Source: Octopus bimaculoides
Lineage: Eukaryota
Length of the DNA stretch: 51,490 nucleotides
Direction: 5' to 3'
Assembly (NCBI RefSeq): GCF_001194135.2
Contig: NC_068993.1
Location: 44,201,322 to 44,252,811 of the forward strand
How positions within the stretch are numbered: the stretch's first letter is position 1; each line of letters begins with the position of its first letter. The notes under the pieces are model-generated. The model ran no database searches. It worked only from the letters and a program-made list of their open reading frames with translations, and was not told where the DNA came from. This document shows positions 12,388-24,040 of the stretch, piece by piece. Position numbers and translations under genes: made by a program.

Positions 12388-12638
12388 GTAAGTGTTTTAT
12401 AATTTCTATCTTTTTGTAATAAGAAGTCTTCCAATTAACTGGATTACACTAAGTAAACTATCTTTGTATGTCAACATGGGCTTATGATGTAAATAACATA
12501 CAACTTACTGGTAAGAATGAAGTGCCTAAAATGGAGACAGAGATTCAAAGGATTGCTTTGGTACAAAGATAGAATGTCTGTCATGTTCACAGAACCATCA
12601 CACAACCATCAACATTTTTTATCCAAAGGGATTTTTAA

Positions 12639-12841
12639 CCCTTTGGCATTTAAAATGACCACTTCTGATCAAAATGTCCTACCTGTTTTATGCTCAAACT
12701 GGTCAGATCTGGCTTCTCACACCAACCTCACAATATAATTCTAAATATTAACTGTAACCACGTCAGAATATGAAAGCTTCAAAATAATGCCTCAAAATAA
12801 GTAAGCATTACTTTTAACAGAATAATGTAAATGCTTAAGGC
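12639..12841. mobile_element. piggyBac-type MITE (203 bp) in last DHDH intron
   Basis: TTAA|CCCTTTGGCATT ... AATGCTTAAGGC|TTAA. Confidence 0.7.
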
Positions 12842-12996
12842 TTAACCTAATATTTACATGCTATAGCTTTATCTACTTCAAGTCCTACCATTAGAAAAAA
12901 ATCATTTCATGTCTCTTGAAGTTNNNNNNNNNNNNNNNNNNNNNNNNNNNNNNNNNNNNNNNNNNNNNNNNNNNNNNNNNNNNNNNNNNNNNNAAG

Positions 12997-13100
12997 GTCA
13001 GCTTGAATGTCCTGCTCACACCCATTCCGATACTTTGTCCATTATAAAAATTATTGAAGAGGCTCGGCGACAACTTCATGAGAATCATAAGGAAACCTAA
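12997..13100 (+). CDS. DHDH: DHDH copy B terminal exon: (G)QLECPAHTHSDTLSIIKIIEEARRQLHENHKET*
   Basis: AG| immediately after a gap, phase-1 compatible with the previous exon; corresponds to the G.KESP...LSES..LA.ILEEVR C-terminus. Confidence 0.9.
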
Positions 13101-13197
13101 ACTCTCTACAAGGAGGAAAAGAGAGAAGAAGCAGATTAATAATATTGATTAATGTATATTTTATAAAAACAGGCATCATTTGACCATAACATATTTC

Positions 13198-13236
<39 letters not shown>

Positions 13237-14136
13237 AGACTGTAACATATATACATGTATGTATGTGTATATATGTATTTCAAAGTAACAATGGTTTGTA
13301 AGTTTTTGCCGTTCAAACAAGCAGAAATGCTTTACATGACAGAAGTCATTGTCATTTTTCTAAAATATAAATGTTTAAATCCCTTTCATTTTATTGACAT
13401 ATATTCAGATATCGGGGGTTTTTTTTGTATTTTTGCGTTTTATAAATAAAAAGTGGTTGAGCAATTGCAAAATGTGCCTTGCAAAACACTCGCTCTACCC
13501 CAACACTGAATTTCATAACGTTTGTCTTGATGTACTCCTTAACAACAAGTGCTATGACATGGATCTCATTCTGAAAACTGCATGTTCTGAATCTCAACCA
13601 TCATAATTATTCATAGGATTCTTCTTCCCTACATAGAGACATATATAGGACTCTTACTCCATTCATGCACATATTAAGCCACTAAGACGCCGTATTAATT
13701 CAAGCTTAATCACATATTCCTAGATACATACCATACACATATGTTTATGCTTGTATGTGTATCTTAGAAGTATATGCATAAATATATTTATATCTTTCTG
13801 CTAATATATCTCCAAGAAACTTAGACCCCCACCACTTCTATCACTAACGAGGACTGGTATGATGTTCAGAAATTTTTGTCATCCTACTAATAATACATAT
13901 GTATTTAATTAAGTTTATCCCTTGCCACTGAACAACAATCGTCAGTGTCATTGTTGTAATTAATAATAATTATGGTAGCAATTTATTAGTGTGGGAATGA
14001 CTAAAGAGCAATCATTGGTGAAAATATATATGAGAAGCAGTTGCACAAACTTTTTTCTTTCAAGATGTAGAAACCATACAAATCTACTCATCCACTGGAC
14101 TCTCTCACTTTTTTCCTGTATATATATATATATATA

Positions 14137-14285
14137 TCATCATCATCATCATCATCGTTTAACGTCCGCCTTCCATGCTAGCATGGTTTGGACGATTTGA
14201 CTGAGGACTGGCGAACCAGATGGCTGCACCAGGCTCCAATCTGATCTGGCAGAGTTTCTACAGCTGAATGCCCTTCCTAACGCCA
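14137..14285 (-). mobile_element. Family-C retroposon 3' end (RTE-type tail ending in (GAT)n)
   Basis: Minus strand GGCGTTAGGAAGGGCATTCAGCTGTAGAAACTCTGCC...GGACGTTAAACGATGATG. Further copies at ~7780-7880(-), 8660-8760(+), 19627-19812(+), 27895-28125(+), 29585-29812(-), 36480-36960(-), 39700-39990 and 40250-40340(+). Confidence 0.75.
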
Positions 14286-14812
14286 ATCCTTAAAGGCCCA
14301 AAACTTTAAGGCTGCCAGTGCAAGTGAATGTATATCGTATTCAAGAGGTAAGATAGATGGTGAACTACAGTCAGACTTCTCACAGGCAAGAACCAAAGGA
14401 CTAAGTTCTGCTAGGAAAAAATGATAGAGAGTATGGAATTGGTGTTTTTTGGCAGAGAAATTTATAGATAAGGGAGTTGAGGTAGTCAGAGTATGTGACA
14501 AAATAGTGTAGGTCACTTAGTTAAGCCATGTTCACCACTCTCACTCACCTTTTAATAAATTTATTTGAATGACATCATCTTCATTCCTCTTCATCTTTAC
14601 CTTCCTTTCCAAGTGAAGTCACACTGTAGGCCAGTCATAGACAAAACAACTGTGACAGGGTCCTCTGCAACAGATACAACAGTCACCTATTTTAACGATA
14701 CAGTTTTAAAATGTAAGTTTGTTAGAGACCAACTCCGTATCAAATGAATTGGGTGGCCTTTCCTTGATGTGTTCGGTGGTGGGGGTGGGAGAGCAATAGC
14801 AATAGTAATAGT

Positions 14813-14890
14813 AGCTGCAGCAATGGTGGTGGTAGTAGTAGTAGTAGTGGTGGTGGTGGTGGTGGTGATGGTGGTAACAGCAACAACATT
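14813..14890. repeat. (GTA)n/(GGT)n trinucleotide microsatellite
   Basis: Direct inspection. Confidence 0.9.
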
Positions 14891-15232
14891 TGTGCAATTG
14901 AAAGACACCTTATCTGCAGACTTATAACTGCAAGTGCTATGTTATGACAAGAGAGCTTTCATCCGTAGTTGGAGGGTCACAAGCGTCTCGCCTCTTAGCC
15001 TGTATGCTTCGTCTGAGTTTCACCTGCGGTCTCTTGTCAACCACAACCATCTTGAGTTGGTTGAAACAAAGAAATAATTAAAGAAAGAATGATAGCAGTC
15101 GCAGTCGTGGGTCCCTTTTGATTCCTTTTATCGTCAGTAGCAGTTGATGTTGTTTAGCCCCAGGTCAGCCTGATCGCGCTGATCGTTCCAGTCGCAATCA
15201 TTTTGTTTTGTTTTTATGTACAAGGAAAACAG

Positions 15233-15621
15233 TGGAGGCGCAATAGCCCAGTGGTTAGGGCAGCAGACTCGCGGTCATAGGATCACGGTTTCGATTCCCA
15301 GACCGGGCGTTGTGAGTGTTTATTGAGCGAAAACACCTAAAGCTCCACGACGCTCCGGCAGACAATGGCGGCAAACCCTGCTGTACTCTTTCACCACAAC
15401 TTTCTCTCACTCTTACTTCCTGTTTATATTGTGCTTGTAATTCAAAGCGTCAGCCTTGTCACACTGTGTCACGCTGAATATCCCCGAGAACTACGTTAAG
15501 GGTACACGTGCCTGTGGAGTGCTCAGCTACTTGCACGTTAATTTCACGAGCAGGCTGTTCCGTTGATCGGATCAACTGGAACCCTCGACGTCGTAAGCGA
15601 CGGTGTGCCAAAAACAACAAT
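15233..15621 (+). mobile_element. Full-length young tRNA-derived SINE (family D, 389 bp) with 11-bp TSD
   Basis: A-box (TAGCCCAGTGG) and B-box (GTTTCGATTCC), (CAA)-rich tail, TSD AAGGAAAACAG at 15222-15232 and 15622-15632; CpGs retained. Confidence 0.88.
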
Positions 15622-16282
15622 AAGGAAAACAGAATCATATTACTCGGTTTGCTCTTTTCCTAGACGGTAAGGCTGAGGCTTAAGGGAAACACCATTGATC
15701 TCTCTAGCACGTGGATCGAAAGATTTCCTCTTTGGGGCGTCTTTTCAAAGTTAAAAAAAATTCTGTGTTTATGGTGGAAGGGAGATAACTAAAATTTCTC
15801 ACTGATAATAGATGTTAAGGGAGATAACTCTAATTCTTAGACGATAGCCGTTTCACTTTTTTTATAAATTTGATTTATGAACAATAGTATCATTGGTTCA
15901 GTTTCCAAGGACTTAATCATTGTTTGGCTATTTTTCTGACACTGAGAGTGACAAGGGAACGTTTTAACCTGGTGCAAAGAACTTTGTTCGAAGTGAATCG
16001 GTTTTTTTGCTGATGTTTTCACCTTCGTCGGCAGACACCGCCAAAAGATGTTCACACATACGCACACATAGAGTTTCGTTTATTAATTTAATTTCCTATC
16101 ACAATAATGTATAGATTAATCAGTCCGAGGGTTTGGTAGAAGATACTTGCACTAGGTGTCATGTAGTGGGATAGAATCATAACTAAATGGTTGTAAAGCG
16201 AATTTTGCCCAAAATGAGTGAGTCGCGTTATCAAATAGATAATTAAATTTGACATGTAAGCGAAGTTAAGCAACCATGTAAG

Positions 16283-16345
16283 ATGATGATGACGATGACG
16301 TCGATAACGACTATGATAATGACGACAACGATGATGATGATGATG

Positions 16346-16389
<44 letters not shown>

Positions 16390-16402
16390 CATAATAATAA
16401 TA
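16283..16402. repeat. (GAT/GAC)n-(AAT)n compound microsatellite
   Basis: Direct inspection. Confidence 0.92.
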
Positions 16403-16504
16403 ACTAGCTGGACCTGTGCAAAATTCACAGAAAATATAAAAACGTAAACATCTGTGAATTGTGTGCTGGTGCCATGTGAAATGTTTCTATATTGTGACAG
16501 TTAA

Positions 16505-16712
16505 AGGCGGTGAGGTGGCAGAATCGTTAGCACGCTGGGCGAAATGCTTAGCAGTATTTCGTCTTTCTTTACATTCTGAGTTCAAATTCTGCTGAGGTCG
16601 ACTTTGCCTTTCGGGGTCGATGAATTAAGTACCAGTTGCATACTGGGGTTGGTTTAATTGACTGCCCCCCCCCCAATAAAAATTTCAGGATTTGTGCCTA
16701 TAGTAGAGAAGT
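16505..16712 (+). mobile_element. Family-B tRNA-SINE
   Basis: GGCGGTGAGGTGGCAGAATCGTTAGCAC head, B-box GAGTTCAAATTC, central GGGGTCGATGAATTAAGTACCAG domain. Confidence 0.85.
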
Positions 16713-16717
16713 ATATT

Positions 16718-16945
16718 TATTTCTTTATTGCCCATAGGGGGGGATAAATATAAAGGGGACAAACAAGGACAGACAAAGGGATTAAGTCGATTACATCGAC
16801 CCCAGTGCGTAACTGGTACTTATGTAATCAACCCCGAAAGTGCAAAGTTGACCTCGGCAGAATTTGAACACAGAACATAACAGCAGACGAAGTACTGCTA
16901 AGCATTTGGCCCGGCGTGCTAACGATTCTGCCAGCTAACTGCCCC
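16718..16945 (-). mobile_element. Family-B tRNA-SINE inserted antisense into the tail of the preceding copy
   Basis: Reverse-complement homology to 16505-16712; 16-bp TSD AGTAGARAAGTATATT at 16702-16717 and 16946-16961. Confidence 0.85.
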
Positions 16946-17139
16946 AGTAGAAAAGTATATTGCAACAGTTACAGAATATAGAAAGACGGGTAAAACCAAT
17001 AACTATATAATCCACCCAAAATATCTTAGTTATGCAAATGTAAACAGAATTACTTTTAACCTTAAAATACATCATACATATTCAGAGAACCCTCTTGGTT
17101 TAATGGTACGGAATAATGTTTTTCTCATATTCTTTTATT

Positions 17140-17810
17140 CTTTTACTTGTTTCAGTTATTTGATGGTAGCCATGCTGGAGCACCACCCTTTAGTTGAAGA
17201 AATTGACCCCCGGACTTATTCCCTATAAGCCTGGTGCTTATTCTATCAATCTCTTCTACTGAACAGCTAACTTACAGGGATGCAAACACACCAACATCGG
17301 TTGTCAAGCAATGGAGGGGGGGGGGCACACATACACATAAATATATATATTCATATATACATACATACATATATATGATGGGCTTGTTCAGAATGTTTCA
17401 ATTGGAAAACATATACGAATGTATTTGACAGAAAGTGAAAAAATTTCTGAAATACTCACCTAATATGCAAGGACATAGTTCTGGATTCAGTCCCACTAGG
17501 TGGTACCTTTGACAATTGCCTTCTACTATACCCTCAGGCCAACCAAAGCTTTGTTAGTGAATTTGGTAGACAGAATCTGAAAGAAGCCCATCATATGTGT
17601 TTGTCCCTCACCACTGCTTGCCAACTGGTGTTGGTGTGTTTATGTCCCTGTGACTTGGTGCTTCAGCAAAAGAGACCAATAAAATAAGTAGTGGGCTTAA
17701 TATAAAAAAAAAAGCAAGTACTGGAGTTGATTCATTCGACAAAAAGTTCTTTAAGGTGGTGCCCCAGCATGACCACAGTATAATGACTGAAACAAGTAAT
17801 AGATAAAATA
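17140..17810. mobile_element. Two CpG-decayed family-A SINEs: 3' half on minus (17140-17350) and near-complete copy on plus (17470-17810)
   Basis: Homology to 36057-36461. Confidence 0.8.
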
Positions 17811-17814
17811 TAAA

Positions 17815-18000
17815 GATGTGTGCATGCACATGCATGCATGTGTCCGTGTGTGTGTGTGTGCATGCATGTGTGCATGTGCATGTGTGTATGTGTGTGCATG
17901 CATGTGTGTGTGTATGTGTACGTGTGTGTGTGTGTGTGTACGTGCATGAGCACGTGTGTGTGTATGTGTGCGAGAGAGAGAGAGAGTGTGTGTGTGTGTT
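17815..18000. repeat. (TG)n/(TGCA)n/(AG)n microsatellite
   Basis: Direct inspection. Confidence 0.9.
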
Positions 18001-18011
18001 CGCTACCAGTG

Positions 18012-18164
18012 TCAAAAAGCACTGTCACCGAAACAGGCTAAATGCCTACTCAACCATGCCAAATCATCCGCACCCAAGGAGCCATGCACAACGACCTCAT
18101 TCCAAGAACTGTTCTGCATATGCAACAACAGTTCTTTTATGCAATTCCACAAGTCAGTAGTGCT
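18012..18164 (-). CDS. Candidate terminal exon of an unidentified minus-strand gene: [50 protein letters not shown]
   Basis: Acceptor ttttctatgtgtcag|; only the phase-0 frame is open; protein-like unique sequence embedded in repeats; no TE motif recognised. Confidence 0.55.
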   Translation of the reverse strand, partial: STTDLWNCIKELLLHMQNSSWNEVVVHGSLGADDLAWLSRHLACFGDSAF

Positions 18165-18559
18165 CTGACACATAGAAAAGCTATGAATTATCATAAACGT
18201 CAGAGATATTAAAGTTCCCAATTATCATTATCATTTTTTATGTCTTCTTTTGATTGTCAAACAATAGTAACTCAACAAAAGAATACAAAAACGTATCTTT
18301 ACAGGCTTGTGATAGATTGCATGTAATTATAAACTATGGCTGCTTTCAAAAGGCTTAAATAGTGATACCAGTCACAAGATTGACTATCACCTTTTTATTG
18401 TTGTATAACAAATTGATGGAACTATATAATTCATAGAGCATCATCATCATCAATATCATCATCATCATCATCATCATCACATGTATATTGCATATGTATG
18501 TACATATATATGTGTGCATATTTATTATTAATACTGTCTAGCTTAATGTGTGTAAGAAA

Positions 18560-18602
<43 letters not shown>

Positions 18603-18924
18603 ATCAAGTAATTTTGAAATAGAGTTGGAATTAGTTTTCAGAACTGCCATATATAGTTGGAAAATGGAAGGTTTTTATACATACATGCATGCATACATAC
18701 ATACATACATACATGTGCATGTATGTATGTATGTATGTATGCTTGCATGTAAGTATATACACACTTGTATTGAACAGTGAAAATAAGTGTTCAACACTGC
18801 ATTGGTGGATAAATATTTTTTATCTGTGGATTAACAAGGCAACCAATGGTTTCATGCGGAAAGATCTTCGCATCTTTCAAGTGATCCTCTTGAAAATGCA
18901 TCTCATTAATCATCTTCATTTTGG

Positions 18925-19482
18925 AGGAGAATACCGCTAAGCATTTTGCCCAGCGTGCTAACATTTCTGCCAGCATGCTGCCTTTATTTCAGCTTCTGTC
19001 TATCAACTCCACTCACAATGCATTGGTTGGCCTGGGCTCATAACAGAAGACACTTGTCAAAGGTACCATGCAGTGGGACTGAACTCAAGACCAAATGATT
19101 GGGAAGTAAGCTACATAACTACAGAGCCAGACCTGAGCTTAAATATCGAGGATGCTTCACATTATTCAACATAGTTTAAGTGAAGGTAGACAGTCTCGTG
19201 AAAACTTTTCTACATGAAAACCCAAGCATGCTAACAATTCAGCCAGCTCAACACCTTAGTTAGGAGAAATATTAGCTTCAAATTTTGGCACAAGACCAGC
19301 GATTTCAAGGAAGTGGTAACCCAATTATATTGACCCAAATGGATAGCTGGTATTTTATTTTATTGACTCTGAAAGGATGAAAGCAAAGTTGACCTCTGCG
19401 AAATTTAAACTCAGAATATAAAAACAGATGAAATGTTGCTAATTGTTTTGTCTGGCATGCTAATGATTCTGTCAGTTGCCTT
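18925..19482 (-). mobile_element. Cluster of decayed family-A and family-B SINE pieces
   Basis: Reverse-complement matches to the SINE heads and central domains described above. Confidence 0.65.
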
Positions 19483-19812
19483 AGTTACAAGAAATATTGA
19501 GTACAAGCGATTTAAGAAAGCAAGCCTGGTACCAACCAAAACCTCGTGAGTAAATTTGGTAGAAGGAGACTGAAAGAATCCTGTTGCATTTATGTATATG
19601 TACGTATGTGTACATACATATATATATAGTTGGTGTTAGGAAGGGCATCCAGCCATAAAAGTCATAGCAACCCAAATACTGAAGCCAGGTGCAGTTTTCT
19701 GCCTTGCTAGCTTCTGCCTTGCTAGCTCCTGCCTTGCTAGCTCCTGCCAAACTGTCCAACCCATGTCAGCATGGAAAGTGGATGTTAAATGATGATGACG
19801 ATGATAATGATA

Positions 19813-19853
<41 letters not shown>

Positions 19854-19964
19854 AAGTGACAACACATGAAACTCTTGGACCTTGAGTTACTCTGTTGCTT
19901 CTGCTAAATATTGATTATTTTTCTATTTTTCCTGTTTTCATCATCATATCTATACATACATAAA

Positions 19965-20281
19965 GATGTGTGTGTGTGTGTGTTGTGCACGTGTTTTGAG
20001 AAGCCAGTATCAATGTAGTATGTATATCGATTTGTGTGCATGTCAGTATGCCAGAACATGTCTACCCCTGTGTGTGTGCGTGTCTGTGTGTGTGTGTGTG
20101 CATGTGGGTGTGTGTGTGTGTATGTGTGGGTGTGTGTCTGTGTGTGTGAGTGTGTGTGTGCATGTGTGTGTGTGTGTGTGCATGTGTGTGTGTGCGTGTT
20201 TGTGTNNNNNNNNNNNNNNNNNNNNNNNNNNNNNNNNNNNNNNNNNNNNNNNNNNNNNNNNNNNNNNNNNNNNNNNNNNNN

Positions 20282-20312
<31 letters not shown>
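19965..20312. repeat. (TG)n microsatellite spanning a gap
   Basis: Direct inspection. Confidence 0.9.
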
Positions 20313-20559
20313 CAGTGTTTAATGACTGAAAGACAGTTACAGTCAGTCTCTCTCTCTTATGAATTCTAACAAAATAAATTCTCAATTTAAACTTGAGAAT
20401 TTTTTCTCTTGAATTACAGAATGATGTAAAAGACATTTGTCCTATTTTTCTAACTTGCCAAATTTATTCTGAATTACCAAGTTATTCAAATTATTCAACT
20501 GTTCTTACCATTTCCTTTCCCTTTTTTCTTTATATTTTTTTTCATCAGCTTTTCACTTT

Positions 20560-21086
20560 TTTTATATTTGTTCTACTTGGTTTTGTTTATCTAGTTTACT
20601 GGCTTTTTATATTTTTCTTATATTAGTGTTCTTTCTTTTTCTTATTTTTTTTCCTCCTCCACACTTTTGTTCTTTTTAGTTTTGATTTTGTTTTTCTGTT
20701 TCCCATCTCTTCTTCGTCTCATTTCTTCTTTTACTTCTGTCTTCCCTCCCTCCATTCTTTTGTGTTTGTTTCTTTGTTTCTTTCTTACAATTCTTTATTA
20801 TTTCATTTCCTTCTATATTTCTCATCCTTCCTTCCTTCCTTCCTTCCTTCTTTCTTTCTTTTATGCTGTCTTTCTTTCTTTCTTTCTTTTATGCTTTCTT
20901 TCTTTCTTTCTTTTATGCTTTCTTTCTTTCTTTCTTTTATGCTGTCTTTCTTTCTTTCTTTCTTTTATGCTGTCTTTCTTTCATTCTTTCTTTCTTTCTT
21001 TCTTTCCTTCTTTCTTTCTTTTATGCTTTCTTTCTTTCTTTCTTTTCACCATTTCTTTTTTTCTTTCTTTCTTTCTTTCTTTTATG

Positions 21087-21141
<55 letters not shown>

Positions 21142-21178
21142 TTCACCATTTCTTTTTTTCTTTCTTTCTTTCTTTCTT

Positions 21179-21226
<48 letters not shown>

Positions 21227-21350
21227 TTCACCATTTCATTTTCCTTTCTTTCTTTGCATTATTCCCTCCTTTTTTCTTTCTTTCTCTTTCTTTCCCAGTT
21301 TTCTATATTTCTTCTTTTCCTCTGTTTTTTCTTCTTTTCTTGCCTTGCTC
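20560..21350. repeat. ~0.8-kb polypyrimidine (TTTC)n array with interspersed TTTTATGC and TTTTCACCAT units
   Basis: Direct inspection; source of the spurious F/L/S-rich ORFs. Confidence 0.93.
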
Positions 21351-21807
21351 ATGTTGCTTTAATCCCTTCTCCATCCTCATCCCTCATCTACAACAACAAC
21401 AACAACATCAACAACTAAAAGTTTCAGCAGTTATAGAATTTTTCAATAATACTTCAATTCTGAAAATAATTTCTTCATTTTATTTTCTCAACAAATCTTC
21501 ACTTCTAGCCAATACCAACCTTTCATTTTCTTAACTTCTGACACATTTCTACCAAATTACAAATATTTGCCAATGTCTGACTAAATGTACATATATGTAT
21601 GAGTGTGTGTATACAAATGTTTGTTTTTATGTTGAGCTATAATAAAAGCAATTTAGAATTACTCAATACTTTTTGTTGAGTATGTATTTATTTATTCTTT
21701 TAAATGAAGAGGGGCAATAGTACTTCAAAAATTTCAGCTTGCTAGTATTTAATAAAGATTAGAGGACAAAACTTCAAAGTTACTGTCATCCTTCTTGTAA
21801 AAGTATA

Positions 21808-21840
<33 letters not shown>

Positions 21841-21841
<1 letters not shown>

Positions 21842-22110
21842 GCACAAGTGTGGCTGTGTGGTAAGAACCCTGCTTCCAACCACATGGTTCCAGGTTCAGT
21901 TTCACTGCGTGGCACCGTGGGCAAGTGTCTTCTATTATAGCCTCAGGCCAACCAAAGCCTTGTGAGTGTATTTGGTAAAGGGAAACTGAAAGAATCCCAT
22001 TGTGTGTGTGTGTGTGTGTGTGTCTGAGTTTGTCCCCCACCACCACTTGACCTTCAGTGTTGGTGTGTTTACGTCCCTGTAACTTGGCAGTTTGACAAAG
22101 AGACCGATAA
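21841..22110 (+). mobile_element. Family-A SINE with internal (TG)n
   Basis: Homology to 36057-36461; 3' truncated. Confidence 0.8.
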
Positions 22111-22507
22111 GAACAGGACAGTGAGAGCAAGACAGTAAAAACAAGACAGAACAGTGAAAACAAACGGTAAGGGCTGTTAGGCCAACATACTTACATATAA
22201 TACAATAGAATAATGTTACAAACAAACAAACAAACTGGAATCAGGTGAGATTAAGACATTTATCTATTTACATATTGACAAAACTTGAGGATAGACGTGA
22301 ATGCTATTGGAGTTTAGATTACAAGTGATCAATAAAAGATCAGTTGAAGAATGTTCATAATAGTTGCGATATATGATAGCATTCTCCCAGATCATTAACA
22401 AGCTAAGTCCATATTATTAATATTGGATAGTAAACAAAGCAGACTATTGTAGGTAGAATCCCAAGCTGGCTGAGAAGAATGAAGACAATATGCAGGCAAT
22501 ACCTTAC

Positions 22508-22581
22508 AGCTGTTTCAAGAATAGATGTGCAAATGGTGCAATTCCATGCAAGCAGTCCACCTGCAGCATTTAAATGGTAAT
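22508..22581 (-). CDS. Candidate internal exon of the minus-strand gene: (D)YHLNAAGGLLAWNCTICTSILETA
   Basis: ctttcttctactgatggagtag| acceptor, |gtaagg donor; phase 1 to 0 links the exon at 23437-23528 to the exon at 18012-18164. An in-frame upstream acceptor at 22615 is also possible. Confidence 0.4.
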
Positions 22582-22824
22582 CTACTCCATCAGTAGAAGA
22601 AAGTGAGTTGTTTGCCTGTTTGTACCTTTATTTTATTATATGTATGTATATATATATTTATATATATATGTGCGTGTGTGTGTGTGTGTGCATAAATGTA
22701 TATGTGTGTGTGTGTGTGTGTGCGCACAAATATACGTATGTATGCATGTATGTATACACATAAACGCATACATATATTTATAACTTGCTCTTGCTACTCT
22801 CTCTGTCTCTCTGTCTCTCCTTCT

Positions 22825-22869
<45 letters not shown>

Positions 22870-22920
22870 NNNNNNNNNNCTTGCTCTTGCTACTCTCTCT
22901 GTCTCTCTGTCTCTCCTTCT

Positions 22921-22963
<43 letters not shown>

Positions 22964-23249
22964 CATGCATATATATACACACACACATATACATACAGGG
23001 TGCGGTGAATAAATTGTTGTCAAAATTACGCAAAAATGACAATAACACTGACACATCATTTTAACAGAAATATTTACCAAACTTACATTAAAATATCTTG
23101 AAATACTAAAAAGTAAATTTATTCAATAAAATTGCCATTGGCTTCAACCATGGCCTCAAGACAACTTTGGGATCTCCTGCAGCTCTTGTGGACAGTTTCT
23201 TTGTTTAAGTTGGTGAATGTTTCCATTATTTTGTCCAACCCCTGTATAT

Positions 23250-23396
23250 ATACACACACACACACACACATGCACACACATGCACACACACACACACACA
23301 CACACACATACATACATACATACATACATACACATGCATACACACATACATACAAACATACATTCTACCTCCTCCTCCTCCTCCTCCTCCTCCTCC

Positions 23397-23435
<39 letters not shown>

Positions 23436-23436
23436 C
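23250..23436. repeat. (CA)n/(CATA)n then (CCT)n(CAT)n microsatellites
   Basis: Direct inspection. Confidence 0.9.
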
Positions 23437-23528
23437 CTTTTTCTTCTGGAAAACAATCATATCCTTCCAATTTAAAAAGAGATTTCCAGAAAGCATTTAG
23501 AGTTAATTTCCTATCATTTTTGACACTC
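23437..23528 (-). CDS. Candidate internal exon of the minus-strand gene: SVKNDRKLTLNAFWKSLFKLEGYDCFPEEK
   Basis: Strong T-rich acceptor ...ggcttttggcag|, donor AAG|GTGATG; only one of three frames is open (phase 2 to 1). Confidence 0.5.
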
Positions 23529-23829
23529 CTGCCAAAAGCCAAAAAAAAAAAACCCCAAAAAACAAAAACAAAACAAAAAAAACTAGGAAAAGAAAAAGAA
23601 AACGAACAAAAGAATAATAAATCCAATTCATCTGAAAGGAATTTCAGTGAAAGATTTATTTCTTTGTTGCTAACAATTATAAAGTCTGGAACACATTTTA
23701 GCTTCAACTTCTATAAAGAGGCAGAATGACTGAATTGATGAGGTAGGCACCTTAGGTCTGGCAGCCTGTTGGTCAATTCCATAGCAAGGCTGGCATTATG
23801 TTTCTGGATAGAGTTTAGTATTTTGCTTA

Positions 23830-24040
23830 TTATTGTTTACTTGTTTCAGTCATTGGACTGCAGCCCATGCTGGAGCATCGCCTTAAAGGGTTTTAGTTGA
23901 ACAAATTTACCCCAGTACTTATTTCTAAAGCCTGGTACTTATTCTGTTACCTCTTTTGCTGGACTGCTAAGTGATGGGGATGTACACAGACTAACACTGA
24001 TTGTCGAGCAGTGGTAGTGGACAAACACAAACACAAACGC
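23830..24040 (-). mobile_element. Family-A SINE 3' half (another at 26275-26490)
   Basis: Reverse complement of the ...GCTCCAGCATGG...ACTGAAACAAGTAA tail. Confidence 0.7.

Noticed and set aside
15233-15310. tRNA gene
   Set aside because: A/B boxes are present but continue into a 389-bp body with tail and TSD, so it is a SINE head. The same applies to family A and B heads.
17608-18168. HT/CV/YI-rich ORFs here and throughout (e.g. 19966, 22636, 29068, 48498)
   Set aside because: Dinucleotide and tetranucleotide microsatellite translations.
20667-21534. 200+ aa hydrophobic F/L/S 'membrane protein' ORFs
   Set aside because: Translation of the (TTTC)n array.
22788-22960. Exact direct repeat on both sides of a 10-N gap
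   Set aside because: Typical unmerged contig overlap at a (TA)n tract; assembly artefact.
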